DNA from: Tubiluchus corallicola
Lineage: Eukaryota > Animalia > Priapulida
Reading direction: 5' to 3'
NCBI GenBank assembly: GCA_030141605.1
Contig: JAQGDQ010001703.1
Location: forward strand, 1-28,477
Length of the DNA stretch: 28,477 nucleotides
The first letter of the stretch is position 1; every line of letters starts with the position of its first letter. A program made the translations under genes and the position numbers. Below, piece by piece: positions 1 to 10,077 of the stretch. Below the pieces are notes generated by a model. The model saw nothing but the letters and a program-made list of their open reading frames with translations. It had not been told where the DNA came from and ran no database searches.

Positions 1-462
1 CTTTTACATTTTACTAGCTAAACTCACCCCCCCGTATAATTGTACCGTTCAGTGAATGCATATTCACTGGATCTCTCCCTATTTTACAGTACTGGTTTCG
101 TGAAGCCTGTACAAGTACGCATAGTCACCTATACCTATATATACTGACTGGATTTACTTTCTAGTCACTGTCTAACTCTCAGTGTTCAGTGCAGCAGTGA
201 TTCTACTTATATGTATGCAGTTTAATAAACACTTTTCTGTTTGTGCAAATGTGTAGTATAGTTTTTTATTCTTGTTCTACAAAGTGAGTGATCTACAACT
301 TTAAACATGACTTTCACAACAGTAGTGAAAAAACAGATTTTTTTACCAAATATTACAAAAGCTTGAAGGGCCCACGGCTACAGCTTGTACTGGCCTATAT
401 GATAATATAGCACTGGTTACCAATGAATAAAATGCACACTTCAGAATAAAATCAATAATTAC

Positions 463-600
463 CTGACTAATGAACACCACTGTAATGTCATCCATAATTT
501 GCATGAAGTGTAAAACTGATGGTTTGCACCTGGCATCGCTAGCAGACAGGAAAACGCGAAATTGACGATAATTCTTGTCCCAAGTCTTCAGCACCTGTTC
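463..600 (-). CDS. HPS1: HPS1-like exon 9: EQVLKTWDKNYRQFRVFLSASDARCKPSVLHFMQIMDDITVVFISQ (gene continues, next exon not located)
   Basis: tag acceptor, CAG|GTAATT donor, 138 nt, phase 0/0. RVFL...C.P......ITVVFIS resembles HPS1 RIFL...CP...INLVLLT. Confidence 0.8.
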
Positions 601-709
601 CTAGTTCGTATAATATTGTTAAAACAACACTGAGATTAATAGCTTTCTTTCATTAAGATATTCGACTGCACAAATTTTAAAATAGCTAAAACATTAAACT
701 AAACCCAAC

Positions 710-803
710 ACGTGTTCTAGTTTCCTTTAAATCAAGAGTATGTCTATCACACTGTATTTCAGTTACAGACAGTGGTGGCTTATAGATAAAATTACTGGGG
801 TTG
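710..803 (-). CDS. HPS1: Tentative HPS1-like exon 8: NPSNFIYKPPLSVTEIQCDRHTLDLKETRTR
   Basis: AAG-CAG tandem acceptor, weak GTTGGG donor, phase 2/0; open frame bridges exon 7 to exon 9. Confidence 0.45.
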
Positions 804-1146
804 CTGCTTCAGAAAATTTTTTAACATTGTTTTAGTATTGTGTAAAATGAAACAAACATACGTAACTATAATGTTGTAATTGTAATTTTAAACAAACAAA
901 CATACAAAAATTTATACATAAACTTGATAAAATGCTAAACAAAAAAATTTTTGCTTACGAATAGCCTAAATTGTCTCAGCTCAAGAATATGCTGGTGCAC
1001 GGTTTTTAATCACGTAACAACTGACAACTCATACTGCATGAGCGACAGTACTTTCTCTACATAGCAGCAGACACTAGTAGATCAGCGTACAGCGTGTTAT
1101 CTCAGACATGTGCGCATGGACGCATGCCCACAACAGCCAAACAAAC

Positions 1147-1205
1147 CACTGTGCTGGGCTGTGAAGCAAACAGTACTCTGGTTCCATATAAGTATGAAGA
1201 AAGAA
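1147..1205 (-). CDS. HPS1: Tentative HPS1-like exon 7: FFLHTYMEPEYCLLHSPAQ(C)
   Basis: Strong polypyrimidine + tag acceptor, GTTTGT donor, phase 0/2. Lies in the poorly conserved loop, so support is mostly splice signals and frame. Confidence 0.5.
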
Positions 1206-2221
1206 CTAAAGAAAAAGACATAATATCGAATATTATCAATAATATTGAGTGAAAATAGGGGGTGCTACAGTTCCACAGCGCTTGTACACGAACCACCACA
1301 GGTTTTAGGCTTGTTCTTTATACATTTTTGTCCAGTTTTTTGGAGATTTACAAAACTATATAGCAAAACCCAAAATCTCTACAGCAGCCATCTTGATATT
1401 CAAAATGGCCACTGTCCAAATTTTGCTCTTATCTTTCCTTTTAATTGGGTAGAGTTGAATAAATGATTTCATTTGGTGTCAGAATATCAGTAATTTCAAT
1501 CAGTTAAGAAGAGAAAGAGATTTATGATCAGAAAACTTTTAGTATGAAGCAATATCATTGCTGTTATTCAGTCTTGTATTGCTTTATAGACAGGGTCGGC
1601 TAAAGGTAGTTTGACGCCCTAGGCAGAAGCATTTTTAGCGCCTCTTTCTAAACAGTCAACCCATTTCCAACAGTCCCACGCACCCACCTACAGAACTGAA
1701 TTATTGTTGCATATATTACAATACAATGGTATTTGCGTGTTAGGCCTACACATGTATTGTAGTGTGCAAATTAACTGAAGGTAATTACCTGTCTACAGCT
1801 ACATTTGAAATTGACTTCACTTGACCTGTACAATTGTATGTCCTGCCTCTTCAGGGGCAATTAAAATTTCTACAGTCTCTACAATTTCTGTCATGCAGAC
1901 TTCTGTCATTACACACTTACTATTGAGGCGCATTGATACGACTTGTGTGACGACGGTGCACTGCATTCTTCGAATTATCATATACGAGCAGAAAGCAAAA
2001 TGTCGGCTGTTGTACGTGTTCGCCGTTTAATGCTCGCTTTTTTCGTAAAATTTTTTATAAGCGTTAGAGACAAATATTCGATTTGTTTAATATAGTTTTC
2101 ACAGATTGTGACAATTATTAAAAACGTAACTTTTGCATACGGAACATTTAGCGATTTCAACCGAAGATTATCAGGCCGGATTTTTATGCTGATATTCCGG
2201 GAGGAAATTCGGTAATTCAAA

Positions 2222-2374
2222 TGTTGATTTCTGAAAACTGGCTTTAAGTTTTTTCTACAGATCTACAAACGTTTTTCACCGTAGAAAACTGGCTAATGCT
2301 TGTTTCTATTGCAGTTTCACCTTTTTACAATGAGCAGAAAATAAAATCTGTAAAACAAATAGCCAGTTTTCTAC
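2222..2374. repeat. Dispersed repeat, short inverted copy of 13299-13701
   Basis: 2299-2374 is a near-perfect reverse complement of 13299-13376; 2222-2262 is a reverse complement of ~13661-13701. Confidence 0.75.
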
Positions 2375-2390
2375 AAAATTAAATACATAC

Positions 2391-2526
2391 CTCATCAGAG
2401 TTCACGGAAGTGTCAACGGAAGTCGCCGATGACTCGACTTGTGCGTCCCCCTCGTGAGGAAACAGCGATAAACTGAGAACCATGATTAACAGCATGTCAG
2501 TTACGTGGACGTCAAAGCTCACAGAA
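2391..2526 (-). CDS. HPS1: HPS1-like exon 6: SVSFDVHVTDMLLIMVLSLSLFPHEGDAQVESSATSVDTSVNSDE
   Basis: ttcag acceptor, GTATGT donor, 136 nt, phase 2/0. DMLLIMVLSLSLFP matches HPS1 DLLALILLVQDLYP. Confidence 0.85.
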
Positions 2527-2625
2527 CTGAAATAAGAAAATATAAAAATTTTATTGTGCAATGATACTGACACTGATAGCTTAGTGCAAGAATAGTTTAG
2601 CAAATTTAGAACAATGTTATTACCC

Positions 2626-2692
2626 AAGCAACATAGAGCCCGGTTAGTACTTGGATAGGTGACCGCCTAGGAATACCAGGTGCTGTAGGCTT
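2626..2692 (+). pseudogene. 5S rRNA 3'-half fragment (SINE head, not a functional 5S gene)
   Basis: AAGCA..GCCCGGTTAGTACTTGGATAGGTGACCGCCTAGGAATACCAGGTGCTGTAGGCTT closely matches the animal 5S rRNA 3' half. The 5' half and an oligo-T terminator are absent. Confidence 0.85.
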
Positions 2693-3130
2693 GCGGTATG
2701 CCCACACTGTATCTCGACACTAGGCAGAGGAACTGCACAAGCAGCCAACAGTTAGAGGGCGGAGGAGATCAAGTGACCCAACGGCCATGTGTAGAGGAGT
2801 AAACCTTCCAAATTAGGAGTGGAGCCCCAAAGGCGGACCAGTGCAACATGCTCACTGACTCCGGCAGCTCCTGCAGCCAACCTGGTGCCAAACGTATCAC
2901 TCCGCTTTCCTTTGGACTACACCAGGGAGGAAGAGAGGGGTTCCTGTTGTCTGGGCAACTCAGGATCTCCATACACCTTGCCGAGGTGTGCGCCCTGGGG
3001 AGGCCACTCCAGTAGTTCAAGGATCGGATTGCTCAGCCACAGTCGATGCTGCAGCTCCATCAATGTGATCAATAACTGACTCTCTTGGCGCACATTCCAT
3101 TGTCTTCCGAGATAGAAGGATGCCAACCAT
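2629..3130 (+). mobile_element. 5'-truncated 5S rRNA-headed SINE (SINE3-type) with bipartite RTE-LINE body
   Basis: 5S 3' half at 2626-2692; RTE-like 5'UTR at ~2700-3015; RTE ORF C-terminal motifs SRIGLLSHSRC and IVFRDRRMP at ~3017-3128; exact 12-bp direct repeat TTATTACCCAAG at 2617-2628 and 3131-3142. Confidence 0.8.
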
Positions 3131-3499
3131 TTATTACCCAAGTAGTTTGGCAAGCAGCTAGTAAGTGCATGTGGAGTTACTACTCTTTGTCGAATGTCAT
3201 GGGGTGTACTTCGGAACTGGTTAAGCAATGACCGGGCTAGTCAGACCACCATGTCTGACACTCTCCCTGTGCGGATTCATTTGACATGCCGATTCTGTCC
3301 GTTTACCTTGCAGAGTGAGGATGTAGTCACGTACAAACATACCTGTGCCGATACGCTACCTTATCTTAAAGGAGGAGCTAGGTTCCAGTGTTGCTACACA
3401 TGACAACAGGAAAGAGGGCGTCCCCTGTCGAGTACTGGATTCTAACTTACATTGTGCTAAACAAAAGTTGTAGTTAAAATATAAAAAAAAGAAGTATAC

Positions 3500-3651
3500 T
3501 TAGAATAATGCGCCAGAATCCGGGTTCCTACAAGAAGCAGTGCATGCTGTACGTTTTCATCCACTTTTGAGCGAAACTTAGTTAAAGCAGTCTCCAAGAA
3601 TTTCACGGACTTTGCACCGAGACTTTGGTTTACTTGCAATCTCTCAATAGC
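3500..3651 (-). CDS. HPS1: HPS1-like exon 5: AIERLQVNQSLGAKSVKFLETALTKFRSKVDENVQHALLLVGTRILAHYS(N)
   Basis: ttgcag acceptor, GTATAC donor, 152 nt, phase 0/2. AIERL...HALLLVGTRILAHYS matches HPS1 ALERL...HAFLLVHSKLLAFYS. Confidence 0.88.
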
Positions 3652-4435
3652 CTGCAAAAGACCAAGATTTCCCTTGTTGCTAAAATAAATTAATGACACA
3701 GGTTTTTTTACATGCCAGAAACGTGTCTGCTCAATTTTTACGGGCGGCGACGAATATTTAGGTATCTGAATGCTAGCACTCACCAACACGAAACAAACAA
3801 ACCAAACGGTTTATTTTAGATGGTTTCGCTACAAACTTTAAATGATCTTATTTATTTATTTTAAGTTTATTTATTTATTTCCACTCTGCATCTAACAGTT
3901 ATAATAAAAATACAGACAATTTCACTGAAGTAAATATAAATATAAATGCAATATTATCCAGAAATTACAAAATGCAGCATATACATGTGCAAATTACATT
4001 ACGGAATAATTTTGATGCATACACTTTGAGCCTAAAAGCATAGCTTGACAGGCCAAACTGCACGTGGAAATCTTAAAGAAGTGATTAATAATTGAAATAA
4101 TGATAATATATACATAAAAGTGGGGGGGGGGGTCGAGTAGTGAATGAAAGATGAAATGGAGCGAGGACTAAGAAAAACTGTGATCATGATTATAAAGTGT
4201 TCAGTAACCTATTGAGCATAGTCACGTTTTATTAAGATTACTGTGGAAAAAGAATGCAGGTGATTACTATTATCAAACTGTGTTACTCTCAATACTTTTG
4301 AAATATTTCTTTTCTGACGGTTTTTTTAAAAGTTGAAAGGGAGTGACTACATTTTGAATTGCGGCTTAACTTAACATCAGACGGTATCTAAACTTAAATA
4401 AAACATTACAGTTACCACTACCTTCGAATGCTTAA

Positions 4436-4976
4436 AGGAGAAGTCAAGCTTTCCGACAAGTCAGTCTTATTTCAATGATAGAGAATAATGTCAGACGTAT
4501 TTAGTAACACAAGTGTGATAAGCACCTCGTGTTATTAGTAAAAATCACTTTAAAGTCATAATCGTTTCACGTTTGGGTGCAGCCATTTTGAATGCCCATT
4601 CTTCCACCAGTGATGTCATTCAACGGCTGTAGAAAAGCAGCGCACCGTTACCTTCCATCTTAAGTACAATAGTTGTTACAAAAAACTAGGACAGCTAATT
4701 ATGTGATATCTTTGCACGAACATTAGGTAAGCGCCAAAATTGGACTCAGTTTAAGCAGTGCGCAATTACGGAGAGCCACGATGCGTTTATGAAAAGTCAC
4801 GACGTCCACCAATTACGTCATAACTTTCAAGCGCACTGCACCAAAATTTCAATACAGTAACATAAATTAACTTTATGCTTTACAGACAGTTTTTTGCAAA
4901 TTTATTTCTTATATTTTTCTACGTTTAAGTGATAACAGTAAAATAACCCAACATGCAAAATAATTTGTCCTCTCCT
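4436..4976 (+). mobile_element. Kolobok-type non-autonomous DNA transposon (MITE)
   Basis: TTAA on both sides (4432-4435, 4977-4980); imperfect TIRs AGGAGAAGTCAAG / AGGAGAGGACAAA; inverted copy at 18578-19328. Confidence 0.75.
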
Positions 4977-4997
4977 TTAATGCATATAAGTACATAC

Positions 4998-5106
4998 ACT
5001 GACTAGAAATGCTTCACTTTGGTGGTAACAGTCTAGCCATTTGTCAAGTAGTTCCGACAAAAATTTCCACTGATTTGTGCGCTCGCTAACTCGTTCAGAC
5101 GAAACC
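4998..5106 (-). CDS. HPS1: HPS1-like exon 4: VSSERVSERTNQWKFLSELLDKWLDCYHQSEAFLVS
   Basis: ttgcag acceptor, GTATGT donor, 109 nt, phase 2/0, compatible with both neighbours. R...W..L..LL...FLV pattern resembles HPS1 RVQLWEHFQSLL...QCFAVE. Confidence 0.85.
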
Positions 5107-5147
5107 CTGCAAGAAAAACACAGTTCAGATGTTCTTCCTAATTCTAA

Positions 5148-5365
5148 AGGCAAACCAAATGATTTTTTAAATCCTGCTCTATTTTGAAGCATGGTAAAAA
5201 GTTTAAATTTTAACACTGATCACAATGTCAAAATATTTACAACAATTAAATAATAGATTAAGAACTTAAAAATGGCAGGAGCACGCAGTCAGTGATGACA
5301 TCGTAAGCGAACATAATTTTTGACAGCACAAATATCCCACGAGCGTGCTTGCGAAAGGGAAAACT
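5148..5365 (+). mobile_element. Kolobok-like MITE left portion (family also at 11392-11640)
   Basis: (C/T)TAA-AGG start; colinear similarity to 11392-11640 (gatgacatc, ccacgagcgtg, gaagtacagtgc). Confidence 0.6.
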
Positions 5366-5635
5366 GAAGTACAGTGCCACTGCTACTGTACAACATTGAT
5401 TGTAGTACACAAAAATTGAAGTACAGTGCCACTGCTACTGTACAACATTGATTGTAGTACACAAAAATTGAAGTACAGTGCTACTGCTACTGTACAACAT
5501 TGATTGTGATACACAAAAATGAACAAAAATTGAAGTACAGTGCCACTGCTACTGTACAACATTGATTGTGGTACACAAAAATGAACAAAAATTGAAGTAC
5601 AGTGCCACTGCTACTGTACAAGATTGATTGCGGAC
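5361..5635 (+). repeat. Minisatellite, 5 units, periods 52/52/62/62 bp
   Basis: GAAGTACAGTGC(C/T)ACTGCTACTGTACAA at 5366, 5418, 5470, 5532 and 5594. Confidence 0.95.
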
Positions 5636-5655
5636 ACGAACAATGCAAAACTTAC

Positions 5656-5777
5656 TCAGAAAAAGCATAACCATACAGGAACACAAGAAGATTGTGTAAA
5701 AACTGCAATTTCTTTTGTAACAATTCTTCACTTTCCTCATTGTCTCCAGCAATGACCATGTACATAGAGGTTGGATT
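5656..5777 (-). CDS. HPS1: HPS1-like exon 3: NPTSMYMVIAGDNEESEELLQKKLQFLHNLLVFLYGYAFS(E)
   Basis: tttag acceptor, GTAAGT donor, 122 nt, phase 0/2. GDNEESEELLQKKL matches HPS1 GDHTESEGDLRRKL. Confidence 0.88.
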
Positions 5778-5925
5778 CTAAACATAAACAAAAACAAAAC
5801 TACCAATTGTTATTATTAATTACTACAGTCACATTAAACAATGAACTTAAATAAATATCTTCATAAATACAGCTTGAAAAATTCGTCTTGAAATTTTATA
5901 TCACTTACGCTGTCTTATTGCATGC

Positions 5926-6331
5926 AGAGCTTGTATTAGCAGTAACGCTGTATAAAACTTGTAAATTTAAACTCTCACGATGACCGTTAGGAGCAGCCAT
6001 TTTAATGCTAAGTCATTTGAAACAAGTTTAGATAACACTGAATAAAGTTTGAAAAAATAATCAGAGCATTCATAGTATACTCTTCACTTCACTAACTAAG
6101 CAAAGGTATAAATTACTTTATATTGTCAATGAAATTAAAAACATGTTTTTGGTGAATCAGTGGTGCACACTGGGATGGTGAGTCAGTAATGTTTTACTAT
6201 GTGGTGCGAATATTTTAAATTTGAATTTTCTTTTCTATTACACAAGTCTTTTAAACAAGTAACCATAATGCTAAGTAATATAACTTTGCATGGAAAGTTT
6301 TTTTTGGGACATAGTTCTCCTTTCTTCCCCC
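5926..6331 (+). mobile_element. Kolobok-like MITE right portion (copy at 20707-21122, fragment at ~18966-19085)
   Basis: ~400 bp colinear with 20707-21122; both copies end in CC(T/C)-TTAA. Confidence 0.7.
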
Positions 6332-6592
6332 TTAATATGAAAGTTTTATCTTTAACATATTAAAATAAATTCTAGTGGGTGATCGGAAGAACAAAATGGT
6401 TATGGCATGTGCCTAGCGACCGAAGTTAAGCGACGCTAGACTGGTTGGAAAATGAATGGCTCAAAAAGCTACTTTTGTTCTGCACAAAGTAAGAAAGAAT
6501 TACGGCAAACGATAATCAAGTAAATTAACAAGCTTACATCCGAATTAAAGCTACTGAAGAAATAATGGCACATTCACATGAGCTAAAGATAC

Positions 6593-6745
6593 CTGCAGAA
6601 ACGCGATCAAAGAACCGTTTTCAGTGACAATAGACGTGTACGGCTCGTTAAAGTGATGCTGCATGAAACCATATGAAACGGCTAAAGGACTAAATAACTG
6701 TAGCAACACGCTGATGCGATCTTCATCACCATCAGATAATCTTTC
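6593..6745 (-). CDS. HPS1: HPS1-like exon 2: ERLSDGDEDRISVLLQLFSPLAVSYGFMQHHFNEPYTSIVTENGSLIAFLQ
   Basis: ttcag acceptor, GTATCT donor, 153 nt, phase 0/0. LFSPL...YTSIVTENG aligns with HPS1 LLAPV...YTCFSTENG. Not in the ORF track. Confidence 0.88.
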
Positions 6746-7133
6746 CTGAAAGTAACAGAGGATTTAAATAAAGAAAATATTAGTTAGAAAAGTAAAAAAG
6801 ATGAAAAATTGGCTTGAAATGTGCAGACGAATATAGTAATATGCTAAATGTATTCCAGAAAAAACATATTATGCATAAGGAAAACATATATTATTTTTGA
6901 ATAAGGAAAATGCTTAGCAGAGCAATATCTGGTTGTAAATGGATTGGTGACTAACAGGAGAGCTTCTTCTGCCATACTGCCTCCCAGACTTTTTTACACA
7001 CATTTTGTACGGTAGAGAATGACTCAAATTTAAAAATGCAATTATAAAACGCTTTTTAAAAAGTCGAGCCTTGACAAATGTTCTTGCTGCTCGTGTAGAA
7101 CTTTGACTTAAGATAACGTAAGTGTAAACTTAC

Positions 7134-7244
7134 TTCAGTCGATGTTTCTTCATTTGCTTTTTCACTAATGAAGTCGTTGAATTCTTCGTCGCCCTTGAAG
7201 AATGCTAAATTGTTCATGTCTCTGAATGCAACAATTCCTCTCAT
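7134..7244 (-). CDS. HPS1: HPS1-like (BLOC-3 subunit) first coding exon: MRGIVAFRDMNNLAFFKGDEEFNDFISEKANEETSTE
   Basis: ATG at 7244, 111 nt, GTAAGT donor, phase 0. Resembles the HPS1 N-terminal longin start as recalled (human [22 protein letters not shown]). Confidence 0.85.
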
Positions 7245-7296
7245 GATTCTTACGTTTTACAGCTAAAACAAAAGCAAGACAACAATTTAAAGCCAA

Positions 7297-7430
7297 TTTA
7301 AGTCTTTTCACAGTCTCAGTTGCTGTAAGTCAAATGTTAAGTGTTCCCAAGCAACCCGTCTTAGTTACAACCGTCACGTGACACGTGAATAAAGCAAAGA
7401 TGTCTGCCGCATCAGTTCAATTGTTTTGCA
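7297..7430 (+). mobile_element. Partial copy of the AATAAGCCTTTTCACAG-TIR MITE family
   Basis: TCTTTTCACAG...GTCAAATGTTAAG...CCGTCACGTGACACGTGAATAAAGCAAAG shared with 19457-19838 and 28097-28305. Confidence 0.65.
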
Positions 7431-7777
7431 TGGTGGTGACAGCTGACCTGATGACCATATGGTTAACCTTCGTTACCTTTTCTCCGTTTCACAAGTTCAA
7501 TTGTTGTGTTTACATTTTGAAAAAAAACAAATTATCAGTTCAATTCAATTCTGTAAAATACCCTCGCACTGTGCCGCACTGACCTCAAGTTACTATAGGT
7601 TCGGATAAGTGTTTTTTACCAGAACTGCGAATAAGTCTAGAGGCTTAATTTATATTCACAGGTACATGCTTAAAAGACGATTTGTGTGAACAACCTTGAG
7701 CCTGTTATCATTTTTTTCTACAATTTACCCAAGTTATAGGGACCTAGAGCTGAACTCGGCTGCGGTTCATTGTCGAA

Positions 7778-7878
7778 ATTGCCTTACAGAAATTGACTGA
7801 TGGTGCATCTATGGTTACAGCTGGCAAATAGTTCCATCGTTTAACAACACAGCAAGACAAAAAATGGTAACGGATTTT
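7778..7878 (-). mobile_element. CR1-clade LINE ORF2 C-terminal remnant
   Basis: Translates KIRYHFLSCCVVKRWNYLPAVTIDAPSVNFCK, matching the CR1 motif RxxFFSxRVVxxWNxLPxxxxxAxSVNxFK. Confidence 0.75.
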
Positions 7879-8124
7879 AGTTGGGGAATAAGAAAGAAAC
7901 ATTATCCAGCTATTTACATTTTCGAGATTCAGATTTGCACTGCAATGTTATGCATTTTTCAGCACAGCAAATTGCACGGCAACATCCAGATGAAGTAAGT
8001 CCATAAACTCCATAATTTATAAATTTATGAGTAAGCCACTGGTGCTTGTGAAGGACACTCTTCGTTGCTATTGAACGAGCCTGCACAAATGTGCCTGTGA
8101 GGTCCAACTTCACTTATTTTTTCC

Positions 8125-8228
8125 TGTTAAGTTTACCAGGTTGTTTTTTGCAAGGTTTTAAGGCGATTCTTACTGGTGCTTCATTTGGTAATCTTAGATG
8201 TCCTAGCCATCTTAATCTTTGCTTAATC
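8125..8228 (-). mobile_element. RTE-clade LINE remnant downstream of the RT domain
   Basis: Translates IKQRLRWLGHLRLPNEAPVRIALK, matching the RTE motif RLRWxGHxxRxxxxxPxxxAL. Confidence 0.75.
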
Positions 8229-8809
8229 TATATCATACGCACTTTCATTATAAGCCAGCTGATTTTAGCAATAAGGTAAATCATTTGAACTGGCGTAGAA
8301 CTTCTAGACAAGAATCAAAGGTTTTTAGTAATCGACCATTACTTTTTGCTGCAAAAATATGTGTTAAAATATTTAAATCTAAATTTTAATAGTACTTATG
8401 TTTAGTTACTAGCATGATTAGTTTTTTTGATACGTATATGTAATTAGTATTAAATCTAGTTGAATAAGAGAAACGCCAAAGATCAAGGTGAGTAAACAGT
8501 AAAGTGAGTTAGTGGCTAGTCACAGTAAATTACGCTTAGGACAGGTACGAATATATTGTGTGATATAATATAAGAGCGATTATGTTACTGTAACTATAGT
8601 AATAGTACAGTTTGTTTATGGAATAGTTTGCTTAACCACATTGTCAATGCACCAACCCTTAATAATATAAATTATTATTAATATTATTAATAATCTTTAT
8701 TTAATTAAAGTCGGTTTTTGGACGAACAATTAATATTAGCTGAAACAGCTATTAATTATCGTCAATTGTAAATAACAACTTACAAGTACATAACAAAGAC
8801 TATGATTAT

Positions 8810-8953
8810 CCCACTTACCGTAAATATCATGCCCCTGACAGGGTAACTGCAGGTACCATTTTTATAAAGTGTGGTATGACCCGGCTGCTGTATCGAACTC
8901 ACGAATACTCAGATGCAGATGGAAAGTGGAACACTAGACTAAACCGTCTGGTC
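8810..8953 (-). mobile_element. tRNA-derived SINE with a Meta-domain-like body
   Basis: Minus strand: GGTTTAGTCTAGTG (A-box-like), GAGTTCGATAC (B-box-like), then GGGTCATACCACACTTTATAAAATGGTACC, resembling the Meta-SINE core as recalled. Confidence 0.55.
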
Positions 8954-9046
8954 AATGTTATTGTTTAATGGATTCAAAGCATTGTTTGACAGTTAATTTT
9001 GCAAGGCATAACTGATGGCATGCACGTAAGATGATTAATTAGTTAA

Positions 9047-9352
9047 TTAATCATTTTCGTTGACTGTCCAATCAGCGTGCAAGTTATTTCACACACCCCT
9101 GCAGTGGGTACATTCGGGACATTTAACACTGTTGTGAAAAATGCTCAACTTTTCATTAGTTAGCGGGAGAAATATTGGCTTGGTTCTAGATTTTAATATC
9201 GTCAACTGAAATTGCAAGTGAATTAGTGGAAATATATAGTCTTGTTTTGTTTATAGGAAGAAATGCACAATGCTTACGTCTATGAGTTGCTGATTAAACC
9301 GTTTTGCAATCAAGAAAATATGCAGTTTACTTTAGTTTATGGCTTTGCAAGT
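9047..9352 (+). repeat. Dispersed repeat, second copy at ~22956-23289
   Basis: ~300 bp colinear high-identity match (tgtccaatcagcgtgcaagttattt ... gtttatggctttgcaagt). Confidence 0.9.
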
Positions 9353-9624
9353 TTGCGGTTCGTTTATCGTAGTATTTTCGCTGTTTCGCGGGTTTTTGCG
9401 GTACCCGTCTAAAGTATTTTTGCACATGCGTAATACGTATTGTGTATTTGATGAATTTTGCATAAAAATGGGTTAAGGGCTATGTATAAGAGTGTGGGGA
9501 GGGTTCATGAATACTTAAAATAATGTATAACTACTAAAATAAATATAGCGTCCCTACTTCGCGGAAATTCACTTATCCCGGGTGGGCCTGGAACGGAACA
9601 CCCGCGATAAGTGAGGGAACACTG
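9352..9624. mobile_element. Truncated Tc1/mariner (pogo/Tigger-type) MITE
   Basis: Right end CCCGCGATAAGTGAGGGAACACTG followed by TA; subterminal TTCGCGG repeats; left TIR missing. Confidence 0.6.
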
Positions 9625-9920
9625 TAAAGCTCAAATTTTCATGGCAACCGTAATTTTTAGAATGAAAGTAGGCATTCCTAGTACAAATTTTAAATCTATT
9701 TTATTTTATTTTAAAATCTGTATGTTAAGATGTGTGTTTCAAAGCTGTACTTACATTTGTATTTTATATTTTGTATTTCACTCTGATAAATTAATTGTGA
9801 ATTATAATTATTATTGCTAAAACTACCACGGCTAGTAATAATATTACCATAGTCGTCTTTAGTTAAGAATAATTATAATTGCTTAGATGAATCCACAGGT
9901 AATTCACAGGTAAGAGCTCT

Positions 9921-10037
9921 GGGAAGTCAAAAGAAGAAAAAAATCACAAAGAAAAAGCACAGGAAAAAATAACCCTAACCCTAATCCTAACCCTAGTCAA
10001 AATGTGACTTTTTTCCTGTGACTTTATTACTGGACAC
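9921..10037. mobile_element. Small foldback element with internal (CCCTAA)n repeats
   Basis: Inverted arms (CACAGGAAAAAA / TTTTTTCCTGTG) around TAACCCTAACCCTAATCCTAACCCTAG. Confidence 0.5.
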
Positions 10038-10077
10038 TGTTTAGACAGACGATTTCACCTTATCCATGTTTTGCTAT

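Noticed and set aside
40-215. Further HPS1 exon downstream of 463
   Set aside because: Candidate acceptors give a stop or a peptide with no recognisable HPS1 similarity; not supportable.
2626-2692. Functional 5S rRNA gene
   Set aside because: The 5' half is missing, there is no T-run terminator, and it is embedded in a TSD-flanked element.
2917-3228. Minus-strand ORF with WNVR, reminiscent of a LINE endonuclease N-terminus
   Set aside because: The plus strand of the same bases gives better RTE C-terminal motifs, consistent with the SINE orientation and TSD; the WNVR match is coincidental.
5361-5635. CRISPR-like array (palindromic repeat with regular spacing)
   Set aside because: The intervening sequences are near-identical rather than unique spacers, there are no cas genes, and the context is a eukaryotic intron.
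7449-7470. Hammerhead ribozyme core (CTGATGA + short stem)
   Set aside because: The required GAAA after stem II is absent.
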